From positions 1,054,001 through 1,118,000 of the forward strand of contig JAMWBK010000006.1 in NCBI GenBank assembly GCA_029953675.1: a DNA stretch of 64,000 nt. The letters are read 5' to 3'. Source of the DNA: Rhodosorus marinus CCMP1338 (Eukaryota; Plantae; Rhodophyta). The notes below the pieces were generated by a model. The model had not been told where the DNA came from, did no database searches, and was given only the letters and a program-made list of their open reading frames with translations. Below, piece by piece: positions 32,490 to 45,359 of this stretch. The first letter of the stretch is position 1. Every line of letters starts with the position of its first letter. Made by a program: the position numbers and the translations under genes.

Positions 32490-35400
32490 CTTCACGTCAC
32501 CAAGTGACTAGCAAACAAATCCAAACCAAGTTTCCACCCCCCAAATCCCAATCTACCCACCTTCAGCCCCTCCGACACGCACCACGCCCTGCACCTCGTC
32601 TCTCCGGCGGACTCTATAAATCTTCAACGAAGCGCTCATTCAGAACTGCTTCTCATCCTCTGGGAAGAATAATCATAGGCACCTCATGATTCAACTTACA
32701 AATCTCTCAAAGCTTTTACTAACAGAAAGTTTAGCACCGCGCAAAATCCTAAAACCTGCCCACAACTGCCAACAGCTTGAAACCCTCACGCCCAAACGCC
32801 ACCCTCCACAAACGGGCTATTTCACATACGCACACCCAAATATCAATACCAAGTCCAACCCCTTTGTGTCCATATCCATATCCAGTCCCTTTTCCTCACT
32901 CGCCATCACGAGCCCCAAACATTACCGTCCGGAAAAAGTAGATGAAAAAAAAACAAAAAAAACCGCAAACCACAACAAAACGCCCAAACACACAAAACAT
33001 TGCAAAGCCACCCCCCTCCCTCACCCACTTGCTTTGCCAGGAAAAGCAACAGGAACCCTTCCCACGGTCAAAAAACAAACACTAAACCAAAAAGTTGTCC
33101 GGAACTGCCCGACATTCTCCATATGATGTAACCCTTGAGCCGCCCCTGATCAAGACGACTTCTTCGCAACACACATTACTATGAAACGCACGGCGGAAGT
33201 TGTTTATTCCCGAAAAAAAAAAGATACCTGATCCTCCTTTTTCGCGATCAACCCTTTCATTATTCTAAAAAATATTAACGTCCTTAATAAAGCCATATTT
33301 TTGATCAACCTCAACAAATCAATACTCCTTCTTAAAATATCAATAATATATAATTTCAACTTCTTGATTTTTTGACTACCCCCTACGCCGTCACTCTGTG
33401 CTGTCTCCCCTACCCCCTCCGTTTCTTTAGCCAGCTTTATTTTAGTTGTGATAAGTTAGGGGCTATGGATCCTATACGGATTGGAAGCACTTTCTATGTT
33501 TATGTTTATTTCATTTCATTTCATGTATTTGTTTGATGACCTTACCCCCCCCTTAAGATCTCTACCCTAGTATGAGATTTTCGGATTGTACGCGCCGGGA
33601 TGATTCACAAGACCGGGAAAAAAGGCTGAACAAGTTTGGCAGAGTTGGGAAGGGGAACTGGAACAGAGGTGGAATCTTATCTGTTCTAATGAAACGGCAG
33701 TTTTTGTGTTTTTTTTTTGGTTTTCCTGAAGGTGTGTTTAAGTAGGACAATGACAAAATGTGCAGGCTCTGCTCTTATGTGAAGAGTTCCACGGCTGCTT
33801 GAAAGGGGGGTTGGGGGTAGTCGGGAAACGGAGGAAGAATTTGGAACGGGGGAGAAATATCTTTCGGGAAGCAAGGATATACATGCAGCATAGAAATTTT
33901 TTTCATTGACTGCATCCATTCTAAACTGAATTAGGCGAAAAATGTGAAAATCTGGAACCAGATAGGCCTTTCTTGGGGTGTGGGTGGCAAAAGAAAGAGC
34001 AAAAGAATTGTTTCCCCGTGCTTTGGTGGGCATGCGGAAAACTTAGCTTGTTAAAGTACCGCAACCCGAAGTCGAAAGCAGGCTCCAGGGGTGACGCGCG
34101 GTTCTCAAACTCAACGATATGGGTCAATATTGCCACCGTCTTGGCTACGCCCGTTGGGGGGGTACGGCAAACAAAGCAGAGTTGCGAATCTAGTTCGAAA
34201 ACTAAAAAAGAAATTCCACCCCCCTCGACTGCCATGCGCCAGTCTCAACCAAGAACGAGTTGGGATGTCTGTCCTGGTTAGCCCTTGGTTCGAAACAAAA
34301 TACTGTTCCGGATCAAATATTCCGGTGCTCCCCTGCTGACCCCATCCCCTCCCACCCCCCCTTTTGGTCGACCCGCGCAGGGTTGTTCATCGGCGTATCC
34401 GATCCTCGTTCGTCTTCGCCAACCCCTCCTTCGCAATCTGGGATAAGAAAACGAGAACTTTTGGGCGTCTATTCAGTTTCCTGTCCGCCGGTTAATGCTA
34501 GTGTGATGGTGATCCACCTCAGGTTTGGACCCCTTCTGATCCACCTTGACAAACAAACTTTTCGTGTGAAGAAAACTCGCAAAAATTGATACTCCTCAAA
34601 TATATTTACAATACCATAAATTGTAACCCAATGGAAAGGAGTATTGATTCCTATAATTGATGAAAACACTCAATCAGTCACAAAAGTATTATATTACAAT
34701 TCTTTTGCACCATATATTTGAAAAATTTATTCATCCATTTTCCAAGCGCGTTTTCATAGAAAAATATCGTTTTCAATTACATTTTGATTAGTCTGTTTGT
34801 TGGTTGGTTTCACAGTTGTTTTGATCCCAGCTAGGGAGGGTAAAATTATCGATCCCTATTTTTTGCCAAGATCAAAAATGGGTGGGTAATGTTGTAAAAA
34901 ACCAGAAAACCGCGTGAACGCCAATTTTTTTTTGGATGGGGAACCCATACAGTGAAACCAAAACAATCAAGGAGGGGTCGACAATAGCCACTTCTATTTT
35001 GCGTTGCACAAGTTCATCCCTTTCACAACCCCCCTCCCGGCCTTCCAGAACTGCACGAAACCATACAATATATTCAAAGAAAAATACACACAAGCAAACA
35101 GCCACTCAAGAATCTCCACAATTCTATATCTAAGAATCCTCAAATATTATTCGATAATTATCGAGCAATCTCCGAAGCGTTATCCAATCAAACTACCCTT
35201 CATAGTTTCCCAATTACAAACATCTACCCCTTGTAGACTAAGAGCAACTATGTTCTTGGTAAGAGTGTACCAATTCCGTTCGTCCGCACAAGAAATAAGA
35301 AAGAGGTGAATCAATTTTGCGATCAACCCCCTCATCGAACACGCACACCACACCCCACCCCCCCCCCTTGCCCCATTGCCAACCCCCGCTGTTAGGTTTT

Positions 35401-36154
35401 CCTATATTGATTGATAATTTAGATAGTGTCTGAGGTATAAGCCAGTGTTGCCCCTGGTCATTTTTGTCTGTGCTTCAATATCTCAGTGAACAGAGAAGAA
35501 AACAATTTTTGTCGATTGCTCATGTTCTTGAAGGGGAAATCTTCTCTTTTGTTTGTTTCGTCGAATGAAAGCAAGCTTGTGTCACACGTCTATCACAATT
35601 TCTGCCGTTACATATTTTTGAGGTTGGTTTCGTTTGAGAGTTTTGGTGGTTCGTTGTGAAGCAGAGAAGGGAAGGGGGGGGGGAATGGGGGGAGGAAGGA
35701 GCAGCACCACCGACCGTTTCGGATCACTTTGACACAAAAGTTCTTGGTAGTTTGTCTTTTCTAGCTGTTATGTGAGATTTTTTGAAATTTTTGGATTAGC
35801 AGGTGTAGAACACGGACAAGGGGGGATAGAAGAGAAGGGTGAGGGGTGTGTTTGCAGGTGGTTGTGGAGCAGGGTCGTGAAAAAGCAGTCGTGGAATAAA
35901 TTACTATAAGATCCATCGATGTGAATTATTGAAGGCCTATGCAGCTTTTTTCTTGGATTTTTACCAACAAGAAGACCACTTTCCGCAGCCAAACGCTGTC
36001 AAAAAAAGAAAAGTGATGGCTTGCTAACTAGCACTCGCAAAATGTCACAGTGCACTCTGTCAGTACCATTGACCAGAGAGTACTTTTCTTCTTTCGATCC
36101 ACATTGAGATAATTGCCCCTACCTCTCCGTCCTCTGCGTAACGGTCATGTTTGC

Positions 36155-36537
36155 TTAGGAAGCGGTGTCAACGTCCGGGCAGTTGACTTCTACTGTCTCG
36201 TCGAACGGCAGGCAACTGTTAGAAAGAGAAATTCGAAAGTCGGGTTGCCATTCGTCCATATCACATGTGTTTCATCCCAAATTTGCTTTGTTTATTGGCA
36301 AGGGTTTTTGTTAGTTGACGTGTGCAAGACGCGATTTTAGGCTGAGAACGTGAACGTCCAACGGGCAATAGATCGGTCAACCAATTCTGCTTTTGGGACA
36401 CGGTTTTGTAATAGTCCCATTTTAGAATCCCTTCATCAGTACCTTCGAATTTTAAGCATGAGTTTATAGACCCTATAGGCAGCACCGCGATCTGCAGCTT
36501 TGACAAAGCGGTCGAGGTAGCTCAAGCGATTGCCCAT
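36155..36537 (-). CDS. Candidate 51-aa two-exon small protein (exons 36537-36443, 36215-36155)
   Basis: MGNRLSYLDRFVKAADRGAAYRVYKLMLKIR joins in frame through GTACTG...CTAACAG to SCLPFDETVEVNCPDVDTAS*; N-myristoylation-like MGxxxS. No homology recognised. Confidence 0.3.
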
Positions 36538-38740
36538 TTCTTGCGGTATCACCCTCACTCACCCCTGGGCACGTGACAATGAACCATTGTTCCATAACCA
36601 GAAATCTGCTAGGCACCAGCACTTTCCTGGCCGGACAGATGGTACAACATCACCGTCGCAGCCCGTATTGAAGAAACGGCTGAAAATATATGGAGGTCAC
36701 GGCACATGATGTCACTGAGCCAGGTTTGCCAGTATCTGCATCCACATCATCATCATCATCATCATCAACAACATACGTGACAATTCGACTCCCCTGAACT
36801 CATCGAGCTCCCGTGCAATAGTGAGCTACAAAACAATTCAGTATAGCTGACTTTCCCTTGCAATACTCAAAATGTTCGATCAAAGAAATAAGCAGTCGGG
36901 GGGTTTATTCCACCGACCGGGTTGATCTCCGCGCAAAGTTTTACTTCCAACAAATGCTTTGGGATAAAAGAACCAGGTCTTGAGCAACTTCGGCGGTTCA
37001 TTGTGGCATATGATTCATCGTCATCATGGCTTTATTTGATGATGCAGAAACCTTCGGACAGTAGTTCAGTTTGACGATCATGCAGAAGCCTGAGAGCCGG
37101 GCAAATATACTAGCTGTAAACTCCAGCTGTAGGCGAAGGAGCAAGACGTCGATGAGTAGCGTTTTACACCGCCGTTCATGGAAAACTCATATCCCCGGGT
37201 GGGTGTCCTAGTACTGGGAACGGAGGAGTCATACACTTCTTACTCACTAGTTGTGACTCGCCTTTCCCTTAATGCTGTGGTGGCGTTCTACTGCCGCCTT
37301 AGTTTTAGATGCCCTCTCTCTCGGTTTCGCCTAGCCTTCTTCCTGTCCTGGTTGCTGCTCTGAATAAAAATTCGGAGATGAGTAGCGGCTCCGCTCCACC
37401 ACACAGCGAGGCTAAGGCGGACAGACAGCCCGAGCCCTTGGGCCAGGAGAACACCGGATAATGTCCATCCGAAAAGGACTCCATGAGAAGGGACTAAAAA
37501 AAATGCAATAAGCAAAGCTTCTTTGTTAGCAAAATAATCGCTCCGTATGCATCATCGTGACTGGCTGGGTCTTCTCCTGTTGTCATCCAAAAAACTCCAG
37601 TGCGCCTCTTCAGTTGTTCAGAAGTGTGACTTAGCCAAAGGTTTCTTTCGCTGGGTTCCACTGAACAAAGCCTTTTTCCGGCTGTGCTTTAGCTGGAACA
37701 GAAGTGAATCTCGAACCTGCCGCCCACGGCATAAAAAGTGAATCGTCACTGCCGTCGGCATTGGAGTTCCTGGATTTCCGAATTTTTTTCGAGACGGCTG
37801 GGGGGAGGGAGCGAGAGCGTTGGCTCTTTCGAGAATTTTTTATAAGTTTCGACTATAAAACCCCTCTCTCTCTTGGAGCCTGACCAAAACATCCCAAAAC
37901 GTCATCATTGGCCTACATGTCCTTGAGGAACCTCTCAAGAACGGGAAGTTCCCTGAATTCCATCCATTTTTCTCATAACTGGCCCCTCCTTTGTAGCGGA
38001 GGCCTTTGTTTGTTTGGCTACCAGCAGTTGTCCTTGTTTGAGGTGGTTATGTTGCCTTTTTGGACTCAGACTCTCCACCGTTCGGCTTTACTAACAAAAC
38101 GGCGAAGTTAATCCTCAGGGGAATGAGTAAACGACCTTGCCTCAGGAAATACGTCACTCCGCCCGAAGCCCAGGTCAGTGGGAGGTGCTCTTTGGAGCAT
38201 TAGCGTTTCGAGCAGTGTAGCAGCATATCTCGTAACTTCTATGTAAGTTCGATGCTATACAGCATTGTTTAACGGGCGATGCCCTATGGGCATGTGTTGG
38301 TGAATCATGCCACCTGTGCATCCGCATGACTTGGCCTTGTCATCAGTAAGGATAAATCCCGGCACTAAGAAGACGTAGCCGATGACTGGGAGGGGCATCA
38401 TCCGGTGGATGTGCTTTTGCGGGTCTTCGGAGAAGCTTTCTTATTCGTAGGCTCCCGGGTTGGAGAAACGATATCCTTTCGGCTGTTTTGCGTACTCAGA
38501 GTTTACCCTCCGAACCAGTTGAACTGCAAGATGTGGACGTAGTGGCATCTATGGTTTGGATCACCCCTCTTGCTTCGGATGAAGTTGAGGCTAACAACAA
38601 GAGCAGCTTGCTTATAACAGTCTACAGATTCACTTTTACATTCCTAGTTTTGCTCAAACCTCACACTTCCAAAATCTAGCGCCGTCCCGTAACACCTAGA
38701 CACACGCCAAAGATAGGGGGCGGCTTTGGGTAGGTCTGAT

Positions 38741-40468
38741 TCATCGAAGAGGTGTGCCTACCCTCGCCATAGTAAACTTTGGCGTATTTACATTTTTAAC
38801 GGAATAGCAGTTCCCACAAAACGGTTCATTCGGCTTGTGCGGAAGCACCCAAAACCTCTCGGCCGTGATCGCCTGCCCGCACCTGCGACATGTGAAGCAT
38901 ATGGGGTGCCACGTCTTGTTCAACGCAGTAGTAACCGTCCCCAAGATGCCTTCACCGCAAGCAGCGCACCGTGGTGCCACCTTGTTCTTGTAGCAGTTAG
39001 AACACAGCGCCTTCCCGGCGTTCTCGTGAAAAGTCCCCCCAGTTAGCGGGTTTCTGCACATCGCACAAACGAAGCACGACGCGTGGAAGCGCTTGCCCAT
39101 TGCCTTGGTGATTGTACCTTCAAGTTCTCGACCACACGCATAGCAAGGATCCGGGAGCTTGTACGCTTTGGCCACGTCCTCCTCTTCATCGCCGTGATCG
39201 ACGATTACCTCGTCCAGCTTCTTCTTGTAAGCAGTAGAGGAAGTTTGGCCAGGACCAGCAGGCTTAGCGGCCGCTTTCGGAGCAGCAGGACCAGGTGCCG
39301 ATCCGGGTGCGCCCTTTTTCTTCTTCTTCGACCCCTTCTTCTTGGATGAGCGACGAGCTCCACCTTTTGGAGCAACTGCCGACGCTCTAGCAGCATTCGC
39401 TTGTGGTGCAGCGTCCTTTCCGCCTTCGGAAGCTGCTTGGACCCCGGATTTGTTCACCTTCTGCGAGGCGGCTGTTGCTCCAGTGGCACCCTGCAGCGCT
39501 GCGCCGTAGTTGAATCCAGCCTTCTTTGCAGCCGCTTGATTCGCATTCTTGGTCGCCTTCTTTTCACCGTCCTTACTCGATTTAGAAGAAGGCGACGAGA
39601 CTCGGGCAGTTGTGACCTTGAGGGCAGCCGCGGCCTCCGCAGCATGGATCAGTTTTTCCTGTTTCTCAGCAATTTCCTTTAGCCCGGCGTTTGCACTCTG
39701 TTCTGTCACCTCGACTACAAATGTCTCCCAGTCGGAGATCTCACCTTCACGATCCGTCAATTCACCACTGCGTTCAGCGCGAAGGTATCTCCCGGCGGGA
39801 AACTTGTCGTCAGTTGCAAGTATCGCGACCTGGGCCATGTTCCATTTCCCAACTCTAAGTTTGATGCTGAGGGTGGATCCAGTCAAGAATTCCACGTCCT
39901 TTGGATTGGTCACCAGTAGCTGATACCTGTCCACATCTAGGCGCTTCCCCGTTCGGAAGAGAACGAACTTACTTGCGTCCTCTTCCTTTCCATTGCACCG
40001 ATTCCCGCCAAGCAGTATTCCACCGTGCACAGAGCGCAACCGGAAGACGCACTCTATAGATAGGAGAACTGAGAGCGCTCCGACTTTAGCGTCCACTGGG
40101 CGATTCGGCAGGCCCGCTATACTCACATCTTTCAACCGGAACTTTTCCCACGCCCGACAGTGTTCGACGAGCTTCAGCTCTCCGCTTCTCGTCGCACAGA
40201 GATTCTTGCTTTCCTTCTTCAACACCAGCTGTCCATCCGTGAGTACAGTTACTTCCCAGGGATTACGCTGCTCAACCAGATCTACTTTATATCCTTCAAC
40301 GATTCCAAGAAACTTGTGACTTTCCGGGTCACATATCGCACCGTCACGATCTACTCTCCATCGACGGGACAGCACCGTACCGTTATGGCAATGATAAAGC
40401 TCACCCGTGAAGCCAACTTTGAGCAGTGGCGTGAGAGAATAATCACTGCTTTTCGCATAAACCGCCAT
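38741..40468 (-). CDS. Fascin/beta-trefoil-like + low-complexity linker + two LIM domains, 575 aa
   Basis: Two paxillin-type LIM domains (CYAC..FHASCF.CAMC..CSNCY; CAAC..WHPICF.CRRC..CGNCY). The N-terminal half has trefoil-like motifs LCATRSGELKL...WEKFRL, FRLRSVHG and GRYLRAERSGEL....ISDWETFVV. Confidence 0.88.
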   Translation of the reverse strand: MAVYAKSSDYSLTPLLKVGFTGELYHCHNGTVLSRRWRVDRDGAICDPESHKFLGIVEGYKVDLVEQRNPWEVTVLTDGQLVLKKESKNLCATRSGELKLVEHCRAWEKFRLKDVSIAGLPNRPVDAKVGALSVLLSIECVFRLRSVHGGILLGGNRCNGKEEDASKFVLFRTGKRLDVDRYQLLVTNPKDVEFLTGSTLSIKLRVGKWNMAQVAILATDDKFPAGRYLRAERSGELTDREGEISDWETFVVEVTEQSANAGLKEIAEKQEKLIHAAEAAAALKVTTARVSSPSSKSSKDGEKKATKNANQAAAKKAGFNYGAALQGATGATAASQKVNKSGVQAASEGGKDAAPQANAARASAVAPKGGARRSSKKKGSKKKKKGAPGSAPGPAAPKAAAKPAGPGQTSSTAYKKKLDEVIVDHGDEEEDVAKAYKLPDPCYACGRELEGTITKAMGKRFHASCFVCAMCRNPLTGGTFHENAGKALCSNCYKNKVAPRCAACGEGILGTVTTALNKTWHPICFTCRRCGQAITAERFWVLPHKPNEPFCGNCYSVKNVNTPKFTMARVGTPLR

Positions 40469-43400
40469 CGGGCCTCCTTTTTAGTTTCCTCTTCTACTCT
40501 CTTCGACACTCCCAGAAAAATGCTCTTCTACTCTAGTTCCCGGTCCGCAGAACCGGTTCGGTTTCTCTCCAAGTTGCCTACCATCCAAAAACTGGAAGGA
40601 AATCGGTCTTCGGAGACGATCTCCACAGGCCAAAGAAGCCGGGGGGTTCTTAAACAAGAAAGGAACAGTCCAACGAACAAAAACAAAATTGGGTGAAACC
40701 CTTTCTTCTTACCCCTCCCTCTGTATTCCGAAGTCCCTCCTAACAATCTAAAGGGCTCAAACAGCTCCTTAAGTATCCTTCTACCCCCTCCTAATCATTC
40801 CCAACCGGCTCCTCACATCCATCTCCTACCTCTAGTCTTCCGCGTCCCCATACCGTATCTTTGAACTGTGGAGATAGCAAAAAAGTTCATCTCGGCCAAG
40901 CATACCTACCCCTAAACGGAAGACTACATTCTAATTTGAATATATAATAATATTAAAATAAAAGTATCTGTATGAGCCGGACTGATGAATCATTAGGGGG
41001 GATTCTTTAATTTCGGTTCTATATTATTAGTACGGCATTGCTGAAGATGACATTTGGGTCCCTTGTTCCCCCCCTTTCTGAAACCTTGAATCTACGCTTA
41101 TTGAATAAAAATAATTAAATGTACTCTAGTTTGTCAAAGGGGATCTCCGTCTTGAGGGGGGTATCATTTTATTGTGACAGTTAAAAGTGTATTTTGAAAG
41201 GATTCATGTTGTACTATTTTTAATGTGGAAATTTATATTATAGTACTAAGGACATCTAGTCGATGTATGAGTTTAAAAGTCACCGACGCTCGGCGCAATC
41301 GTAATTATGGGCTAAAGCTAATTTTTATACGATACAGCTATGCTTTTTTAAAATTTTATTTCGTATCTTGTGCGACGAGCGTATTTTCTACTGTATTTTT
41401 AAAAACAAAAAGGTGTTGTGAGCACGTAAGCAGCGGTGTTTTTTGTTCACACTTCTTCCTTTCCCCAGAGTGGCAAGCTCCAACGCGGCATCTGTTTACA
41501 AACTTTATAAACCCAAAACGGAGGACTTCAAAGGGTGTTCCCTTTGAACAGCCCTGCTATGCTAGCTAAGGAAGTAAGGGGGACGCATGGACCTCGCCTC
41601 CCTTTTCCAAGAACAAAAAGCCACATCTTGAACGCGGCCTATCCTGGTTTAGTTGGGTGACGATTTTAGCCAAGTCATAAAGCTTTGGCTTCGCTAACTC
41701 TCCATCCCTCAACCGCCTTTCAAGCACGGTTCGTCCTTCAATCACTTTTCTCAATCAACTTCAATCACTTTCAACGATCAGCTGAGCCTGGGCTCATAAC
41801 CTCTTCGGGCAGGTGTACGAGCAAACAATGTGTTTCGCGTATGCGACTCTTTTTACTACTTTTGCTTGGAGTCTATCCCTCACTAGTATGCCAACAAGCT
41901 CGGCTCGGATGGGTCTCGCATGGTCTCCTCCAACTCTTCTAAGTCATCTCAAAATCTATACGTGCATGTCTTGCTTTCACGCGTCTGTTTCTATCCAGGG
42001 TCTGCACGTTCATAGTTTGCTTCAACACGGAGGCACATGAATGCTGGGATGAGAGGTAATGTTAGGAAATGGTCTGGTAGAGCTGAGCATTGACCACGGT
42101 CCCCAACCTTGTGTCGCCTTGAGCGAAACACGGGGCAGGGGCTCTGATTTTATGTCGTACCCTGTTGAGAATTTTACAACTTTTTTAGACTTTTTCTTAC
42201 CGTATCCTAGGCAGATTACCCTAGAATACTCCTTTTATGCGCAGGTATTAACCATAATATTCCACATGCCCGGTCAGTACAGGCAAAAAACGGCCTCTCC
42301 GTAAATCTAGAAACTGTTTAGGTATTGTCTCCTACCAAGCCATCAAGGGCTGATCAATTCGATCTATCAGATTTGAAGACAATCTGTCCATTACCTTGAA
42401 ACGTCTGTTACGTCCTGCCCGAACAAGTCAGCCGTCAGAAGTGTAGCCCAAAACAAGGCTAATAATAGATAAGTCTAGATCTAATAATAGTACTCTAGCA
42501 AACCCAAGACATGAACCGGAAGCCTATAAATACGGAATTTACGACCTTCTGTCTTAGGATTAGAGCTAGAGGAGGGGTATCGAAGATAGAGAAAAAGATA
42601 AAAACATAAAAGGGAATTTGAACTATTTTGGATCACCGACACGCGTTAATGGAGAACGTGTCAACGTCGGTCCGGACCCTTGGTCATCGCCCGGTAAGCC
42701 TCATCTGACGACATGGACGTAACTTTAGAAAGTTAGGTAAATACAAGTGCGGTATTGTGAAACTGGGAACTAGCCAGCCTTGTGATCCGATCCAATGACT
42801 TTTTCATGTGGTACCCCTCCAGGTGGGAGCGTCGCCCCCTTGACCAGACTTACTAACTACCAAGACAGGTTTTCGCAAGGTGCACAAGGCAAACCATCCA
42901 TCACTGTGTTCAACAACTCATCAAACGAGGTGAAGGGCACCAGCCCAGAGTTACACCCTGGCCTTGAGCTCAAATTTCCCCGCTTCGGCTGCTTTGAGAA
43001 ATAATCGGCCTCGATATCAACCAGGCTCATATAGTGGAAACTGAGCGGAGATCTCAGTTTTTACCTTTATATGGGTGAGAAAGAATTTCTGGTTTTTTTG
43101 CAAAAGTGACTAGTAAAGCGAAAATAAACTGGGCAGTATCATAGTACAAAGCCGTTTATATCATCTTTATAAATTATAATTAAATAATAGCGTATCAGTA
43201 CGTGGTTAGTGATGCTCAGAAATATATTTAAGTGTCTTTACTGGGGGTCCGGACACCCTCCCTCTCCTCTCGCCTGGAAAACTCGCGCGGATTCTGTCCA
43301 ATACTTAACAGCAGCTATCTTGCTTCCATATTTCTCATCATACAGGCCAGACAAAGCATTCGACTCTCAGCTGCGGCGCGCCCATTCACGCGCCCTTGGT

Positions 43401-43793
43401 ATGCACCACCGCCGGGCGGTCTGTCGAAACAAATCTCAGTCTACCCATGCAGAAGCAAAACGCAGGAAAACAAACCCAAACTCAGTGCTGAGCAATTTAA
43501 GGCACCAGGAAACACTTCTCTGAAGGCTTCGTCTCGTTTCTATCCAGTTGACTCCGTACCCCACCGGCTAAAATATGCCGGCGGAGCCCTCACCCAATCC
43601 CAGACTCCGTATTCGCTACCGATTTCCGTCGGGACGGTGGAGATTAGGGTTTTGGTTTGTGTTAGGGCTAAGCCATTTGGACACATTTATAGAAACAGGG
43701 TTTGGTTGTTGGGGTGGGTGGGGTGTAGGTGACTGGTTGTTAAGGATAGAGGGAGAGGAAAGGAGGCAGTGGAGACAGGTTTGTATTTCAAGG

Positions 43794-45359
43794 ATGCTTG
43801 CTGAGGACATGGGGCTGTGTTTTGTCGTGGGAGGTGGCCTATGGAGGTTGCGGTCGCGAATTTCTGCGACGAACAAGGTGCGATGTTTGTCTAGTGGTGG
43901 ATGGGTATCAAGGGCATCTGGTAGTGGAAGACAGGATAGACCAGAGCGGGGAGCTGGTGGAGGCAGGTCAGAGGATGGATCTAGTAGAGGGTCTTGGAAC
44001 AGGTCTGATAGGACCGGACGTGGTCCTCGCGGTAGTGGTAGTGGTGGTGGTGGAGGTGGTGGTGGAAGATCATGGGATAAGTCTGGGGACAGCGGGAGAA
44101 CGAGTGGCGGATGGAATCGGTCGGAGAAACGCTCTGGGCGTCCTGAGTTCGGTAGATCAGGTGATAGCAGAAGAGGGGGGGACCTCGATGAATGGAAGTC
44201 TGAGAGGGGAAGATCGAGCGGTAGGTCAGGTGATAGCAGAAGAGGTAGGGAATTTGATCAATGGAAATCTGAGAAGGGAAGATCGGGCGGTGGACGGGAT
44301 CGGTCGGAAGCTGGCAACCGCTCTCCTCGGTTTGATGGTGAGAAGTCCGGAGATGCGCGGAGAGGGAATCAGGACGATGAATGGTACGCACCACGTGCGT
44401 TTAATGAACGAAGGGAGCGGACTGACGAGGAGGAGCTTAGCGAGCTGCAAGTTGCGCTTCGTTCTGGAAATGATTTCGTCTTTGGGGCGAATCCGGTCCT
44501 GGCGGCTCTGCAGTGCAAAAGGAGGAACTTGATGTATGCACTTTGGGTTGCGGACTCTGCTACGACGAGGGATAGAAGCGAGGCAAAGCAAATATTCGAA
44601 CTTGCATCACGGCTTGATATAGAGGTTAAGCAGCGTTCGAAGGGCGACCTAAACGCTATGAGCGGCAACCGCCCACACCAAGGGTTCGTTCTGGAATCGT
44701 CTCCGCTTGAAATGGTCCCGATTACTCAACTGGACAAGACGGAGGAGGGTTTCCCACTCTGGTTGGCGCTGGACGAGGTCACCGATCCGATGAACTTTGG
44801 TGCGTTGACTCGATCCGCCTTGTTCCTGCGCACTGCTGGGATCGTTGTCTCCGAGAAAAACTGCTGTTCCCTCACACCCACCGCATCAAAAGCATCATCT
44901 GGAGCTCTTGAAGTCCTGCCAATCCACTCCGCGAAGAACCTCCCTGCGTTCCTCAACAAGTGCTCGGAGAACGGATGGAGAATCCTCGGAGCCCATCTCC
45001 ATCCCAATTCAAAAGATGTAAAACAGTTTCAACTCGACCAGCCTACGGTCCTAGTCGTCGGATCTGAAGGTACCGGCCTGAGAACAAACGTAAGCGAACC
45101 CTAGCAAGACAAAAGACCGGCTTCAACTTTTCCTCTTCTAGCGAACGTTTCTTTGTGTTCGCAATCAAGGAGACCGGTCAGTTTCTCCAAAAATTTCTTC
45201 ACTGTGTTGCCTAAACGCCTTCGTCTTCCGTGTCTTCTCGAAAAGGTGTTGAACTGCTGCGATGAATACGTACAGATCGGAGGCGGATCAGTGGGAACTG
45301 TGGATTCGTTGAACGTAAGCGTCGCTTCTGGAATTCTCCTACATCACTTCCTAGGATGA
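43794..45359 (+). CDS. MRM1: SpoU/TrmH-family rRNA 2'-O-methyltransferase (RlmB/MRM1-like), exons 43794-45089 and 45246-45359
   Basis: FGANPVLAAL, RPHQG, LALDEVTDPMNFGALTRSA, KASSGA, LVVGSEGTGL, then intron GTAAGC..AAAG, then SLNVSVASGILL. Start ATG 43794 or 43809, with a transit-peptide-like and R/G/S-rich N-terminus. Confidence 0.88.

Noticed and set aside
36555-36680. VRPGKCWCL peptide resembling DUF2237 (LKPGDRWCL)
   Set aside because: Only a short motif; other family motifs are absent and no plausible splice path links it to a start codon.
29535-40468. An integrin-paxillin-like adhesion system (FG-GAP + LIM genes)
   Set aside because: The FG-GAP protein has no transmembrane or cytoplasmic tail, and no beta-subunit-like gene is present; proximity alone is not evidence.
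43798-44532. 244-aa alternative-frame ORF inside MRM1
   Set aside because: Frame-shifted reading of the G-rich low-complexity region; no motifs.
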